DNA of 64,000 nucleotides from Candidatus Woesebacteria bacterium (GTDB lineage Bacteria; Patescibacteriota; Microgenomatia; UBA1400; UBA12028): NCBI GenBank assembly GCA_040006915.1, contig JBDTWD010000002.1, positions 158,475 to 222,474 of the forward strand, read 5' to 3'. Shown piece by piece: positions 61,501 to 64,000 of this stretch (position 1 is its first letter; each line of letters starts with the position of its first letter). The notes under the pieces were generated by a model. It saw only the letters and a program-made list of their open reading frames with translations, ran no database searches and was not told where the DNA came from. The position numbers and the translations under genes were made by a program.

Positions 61501-62003
61501 AGTGAAGTTAAATCTTCTTTTCTTGACAGCCTATCCTTAGCGATTGAAAACAACACATCCGACAAAACCTTAGGTAAAAAACCTTCTTTATCAAAGATAA
61601 GATCAAGCGAATCGTAATTCCAACCTGCTAAGCGAATTTTGAGATATCCTTCCATTGTGGATGATGGCACGTCTTTGAATCTAAAAATAGATCTCTTAGC
61701 TAAACCTAATGTCATTAACTCGTCATCTGAAAGATCAGTAAAGAAAGTTAATAATAACTCTTCATTTTTCACTCCCAATTCCCAGAGGGTATCATTAAAA
61801 GATTTCTCTTGCAGCGAGTAAGTACACTCTGCAATTATTTCACGCATTTTCTCTCGCAGAATCTCAAGAGATTGACCAGTAGGTAACAATGAAATCTTCT
61901 CAAAAAGAGAAGCCTCTCTTTCTCTCCTTGCTGGCTCCGTTAGTATGGAATTTTTTTCTGGTGGTTGGACATTCGTGATTTTTCTTGGTCGTTCATCGCT
62001 CAT
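58587..62003 (-). CDS. Large hypothetical cytoplasmic protein (1138 aa), no recognisable domain.
   Basis: Long ORF with an AGGAGA SD. Helical, Leu/Glu/Lys-rich. No TM, signal or NTPase motifs. Confidence 0.5.
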   Translation of the reverse strand: MSDERPRKITNVQPPEKNSILTEPARREREASLFEKISLLPTGQSLEILREKMREIIAECTYSLQEKSFNDTLWELGVKNEELLLTFFTDLSDDELMTLGLAKRSIFRFKDVPSSTMEGYLKIRLAGWNYDSLDLIFDKEGFLPKVLSDVLFSIAKDRLSRKEDLTSLLKWVSQYLGRERNSSYQAPSSTRDFFRHFFDLAQRDDSYRIPEVLSLLQGETLKEVIADGILTSKILDFISSSAQKDMIALSPILIEALLALQYNAEKVKEIVKSFMTSDQILFIEKMIKDERVIEKKRSQEYVFALLENISSTSPIINKYLWDCLLNSSLGLISEREKRIFKNLDLYGDGIDRKKIYLLLAPSTLQRVLQYSSAEPLKLPEIVEYIFAETDGAKATRLLRHLSLTDETSSVVSPHFLESAQALVQIATFHPNEDIRRKSLEKLKDSISSLFFKTYIGERGKPLEPDDERVKALHSLLDAPETDMVVNLSELTEELILKQVVRWGKGITDLPLALQVIKDFEIPVFELEGILQDYPKGMTIENIVEILEMPQIGEQMIIALQGMDTFSYSDHILPIRKAQGEAAFLYFEAIGTLAHERVLLPEDKEYLTYVAKRYGTLARNIVENLLSCVDDISEEREIIEHFITEIGVIHFDVYEQYKAFYSGGDTVGIDTVKRRVSSLQQKITQGEMDDEDFKDTLYPAIAYAVFPPAVGLTQGQYDQLNKDRPDRQNDIPGALSTLQNQEASIPVGKFVLSAGEELNLQLWTEIGKAVDSVNVEMSESGNVLGVDEIDTAEKLLQLYQYKSSNSPGGRAFLFDSMYRFHLIKGGSPLESKYGLSIPELMKYKEFLGEHVKNDLIRDCLAAWKSEFPEKFADLQKKVLSGYINMSIGQILTRLQGVRAEGDEGQKQKQIEQLDTLLGEFGISYADLENKTKAQVRDLLVLPDDISQDDNFTIRLISSGIIGPLNVQMRKEIDKFSFDEEEGMAATRIIRYAISKRREHGVAGYNMGVCVTPDEQLWNDPSFYNVIFFDDSDHIAAGGMHILIREGYVCLPGINPSLDFLSSVDNQALFENLMGYAEQIRSQLDLKGVLIPTDAVIHSNRSQIQQIITSKNYPVVDLEEVAAFSYYPYSYSFQQCYVVS

Positions 62004-62027
62004 ACCTATTCTCCTGATGTGTATCCA

Positions 62028-62067
62028 CAGTCTATCTGACGATTTTGGAGATTAAAAGAGGAAGAAT
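62028..62067 (-). promoter_or_regulatory. Copy 2 of the 40-nt leader element, upstream of the 1138-aa orphan gene.
   Basis: Identical 40-mer to 58538-58577, followed by tggatacacatcAGGAGAataggtATG. Confidence 0.6.
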
Positions 62068-62445
62068 TGTAAGAAGACAAGAAAAGTGTATACTATTTTG
62101 AAACCTTCTTAAGCTTCCGTTTGTATGAACGAACAGCTACAGACAAAACTGGAAATATCTGACGCACAACCTACAGCGTGGCTTTCATTTCTCTTTTCAC
62201 CTCTAAAACATCTTAGTTCGCGAATACGTTCTCCACGTTCACCAGCACTTCCGTACAAAGAAATTAACTATGATGATTACTGTGGAAGAGGAATACTAAA
62301 TGACAAACCAACCGAAGGCCATGCTGAAGGCTGGGAAGATAACGACTAGCAAACACCACACTACTCTTTCAACCAAGGGAAAATTTCATGAAACTTTTGT
62401 AAAGGCATACATCAGTTGTTCAAACTCAGAAACTTTGTCCACACG

Positions 62446-64000
62446 TCATCCCACTAAATCAAACTTCTGCAACTCTTTGGTTTTCTTGTCTTTGTCTCCA
62501 GGAGCCTTGAGCAGCTGTGACTGCAGCTCCACCAACCCTCGATACAATCCATTTTTCTTTTTAAGTAGTTCAGTACTTGTCCCTTGCTCTGCGACTTTTC
62601 CACCAGATAAGACGAGAATGTGATCAGCGTTCGCAATGGTTGATAACCGGTGGGCGATTATGATCGAGGTTCGACCATGTAACAATCGTTCAAGTCCCTT
62701 TTGGACTTCTAGCTCTGACTTACTATCCAACGCTGAGGTCGCTTCATCCAAGATGATAATTGGTGCATCAGTCAACATGGCTCTGGCAATAGCGACACGT
62801 TGTTTTTGACCTCCAGAGAGCTTTACACCACGCTCTCCGGTCACACTCTTGTAGCCGTCAGGAAGAGCTTCGATAAACTGATGCGCATTCGCCGCCTTAG
62901 CTGCTTCAATCACATCCGCTTCACTCGCATCAGGTCGCCCATAGCGAATGTTATCGATAATAGTGCCCGAGAATAATAAAGACTCCTGGAATACCACTGC
63001 GATATTTTGATGTAATGAGGTTTCGGTCACCTGTAGAATATCTTGTCCGTTGATGCGAATAGCCCCAGCGTTGGGTTCATAAAAACGCAGCAGCAAATTG
63101 ACGATAGTTGATTTTCCTTGGCCAGACTCACCTACCAATGCCAGTTTGTTTCCTTCTTTGATGTGGAAAGTAATTCCCTCTAAAACATTCTTATCTCCAT
63201 AACCGAATGAGACTTTATCGAATTCGATATATTTTTCGCCCTGGTCTCGTGAGCTTCTAGCTTCAAGTGGGGTAGCACCTGGATGATCTTTAATCTCGGT
63301 TTTGGTAGCCAGTACCTCAAAGAAATCTTTGGACCCACTACTTGCCTGTTGGATTTGACCCAAGATAAAGGACATGGCAAACAATGGGAATCTGGCTTGG
63401 TTAACCAACTGGATCAAAAGTGTCATCTCACCGATGGTATAGCGACCATGGAAAGTCCAATATACGATATAGGCAATGATGCCAAACAAAATGACATTGA
63501 GCATCAAGCGCCGTAAGAAATCATAGGCATGCCAAATCTTGGTTTTTTCCTTAGCGATTTTCTCCACTTGATGGCGCGCCGATAAGAAGTCTCGCAATTC
63601 TTCAGCTGCTCCAGTAAAGGCCTTAACTACTCGAATTCCAACTAAGGTTTCATATACTCTTCCTTGTGCAGTATCTTTAATGGCATTTTCCTTAGCTGAA
63701 AACTTTCCCCACATCAATGTCGATTTATGAGAGATGACGATATAGAGTGGAAACAGAGCGGCCAACAAAACGGCGATGATTACCGAGTAGTGGGCAAGTA
63801 AAATAATGGTGACGAACGCAGTCAAGAAGAAAGGTAAGAAGTTGTTGAGCATGTTCTGAATAAAATCAGTTATGCTTTGAATTCCACGCGTCATTTTATT
63901 GGTTATTTTTCCTGTGATTTCGTTATCAAAGTACCCAATGTGCAAAGACAACACGTGTTTGTAGAATTCACTATTCAAATGTGTTTGCAGCTTCTCCCCT
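62446..64000 (-). CDS. ABC exporter, fused permease plus ATPase (MsbA/type-I exporter family), 5'-partial; continues beyond the window end.
   Basis: The TM domain carries the LHIGYFD motif. NBD has GESGQGKST, LSGGQKQRVAIARAM, IIILDEATSALD and IIIAHRL. The frame stays open to nt 64000, so the N-terminus lies outside the window. Confidence 0.85.
   Translation of the reverse strand, partial: GEKLQTHLNSEFYKHVLSLHIGYFDNEITGKITNKMTRGIQSITDFIQNMLNNFLPFFLTAFVTIILLAHYSVIIAVLLAALFPLYIVISHKSTLMWGKFSAKENAIKDTAQGRVYETLVGIRVVKAFTGAAEELRDFLSARHQVEKIAKEKTKIWHAYDFLRRLMLNVILFGIIAYIVYWTFHGRYTIGEMTLLIQLVNQARFPLFAMSFILGQIQQASSGSKDFFEVLATKTEIKDHPGATPLEARSSRDQGEKYIEFDKVSFGYGDKNVLEGITFHIKEGNKLALVGESGQGKSTIVNLLLRFYEPNAGAIRINGQDILQVTETSLHQNIAVVFQESLLFSGTIIDNIRYGRPDASEADVIEAAKAANAHQFIEALPDGYKSVTGERGVKLSGGQKQRVAIARAMLTDAPIIILDEATSALDSKSELEVQKGLERLLHGRTSIIIAHRLSTIANADHILVLSGGKVAEQGTSTELLKKKNGLYRGLVELQSQLLKAPGDKDKKTKELQKFDLVG

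Noticed and set aside
1-64000. Alternative genetic code (UGA recoding, as in some candidate-phyla lineages).
   Set aside because: Giant ORFs of 3.6k, 2.4k and 1.5k codons are uninterrupted under the standard code, and housekeeping genes (obg, rho, radA) terminate at sensible positions with TGA, TAA or TAG used as stops.

Overview
The window looks like a fragment of a small-genome, Gram-positive-like bacterium: a sortase, LPXTG and lipoprotein signals, no LPS or outer-membrane genes, and the standard genetic code (giant ORFs are uninterrupted by TGA). Moderate GC. Gene content suggests Patescibacteria/CPR-like or related Firmicutes-like lineages; this is an inference only.

Two regions:

(A) 1-36000 is an accessory island of extracellular giants.
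- A 5'-truncated fibrous Thr/Gly/Asn-rich protein of more than 3624 aa, with long internal duplications.
- Two tandem, translationally coupled, N-terminally membrane-anchored LamG (concanavalin-like) array proteins of about 2450 and 1554 aa. Both end in the same terminal motif ...ASVRFGP(V/S)TGSP.
- Immediately downstream, an O-antigen-ligase/PglL-family (Wzy_C) polytopic membrane protein with a C-terminal TPR domain.
- A 1556-aa FN3-repeat secreted protein, a small anchored protein, a three-gene ABC-2 exporter, and a secreted Asp-box/(PT)n/FN3 protein.

(B) 36000-64000 is core-like.
- Two different tRNA-Ala genes flanking dgkA.
- obg, a stand-alone receiver regulator carrying a perfect 27-bp in-frame tandem duplication, a SpeH-like pyruvoyl decarboxylase, an EamA transporter, a GAF histidine kinase, an M23/LysM peptidase, rho with an N-terminal insertion, radA and a partial ABC exporter.
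- A sortase-like gene with a long N-terminal extension next to an LPKTG-anchored SdrD-B-like protein and a lipoprotein.
- Two large orphan cytoplasmic proteins of 829 and 1138 aa.

The most interesting candidates:
1. The LamG-pair plus O-oligosaccharyltransferase-like locus, a possible C-terminal-Ser glycosylation system analogous to pilin PilA-TfpO but acting on giant ectodomain proteins.
2. An identical 40-nt leader element shared by radA and the 1138-aa orphan gene.
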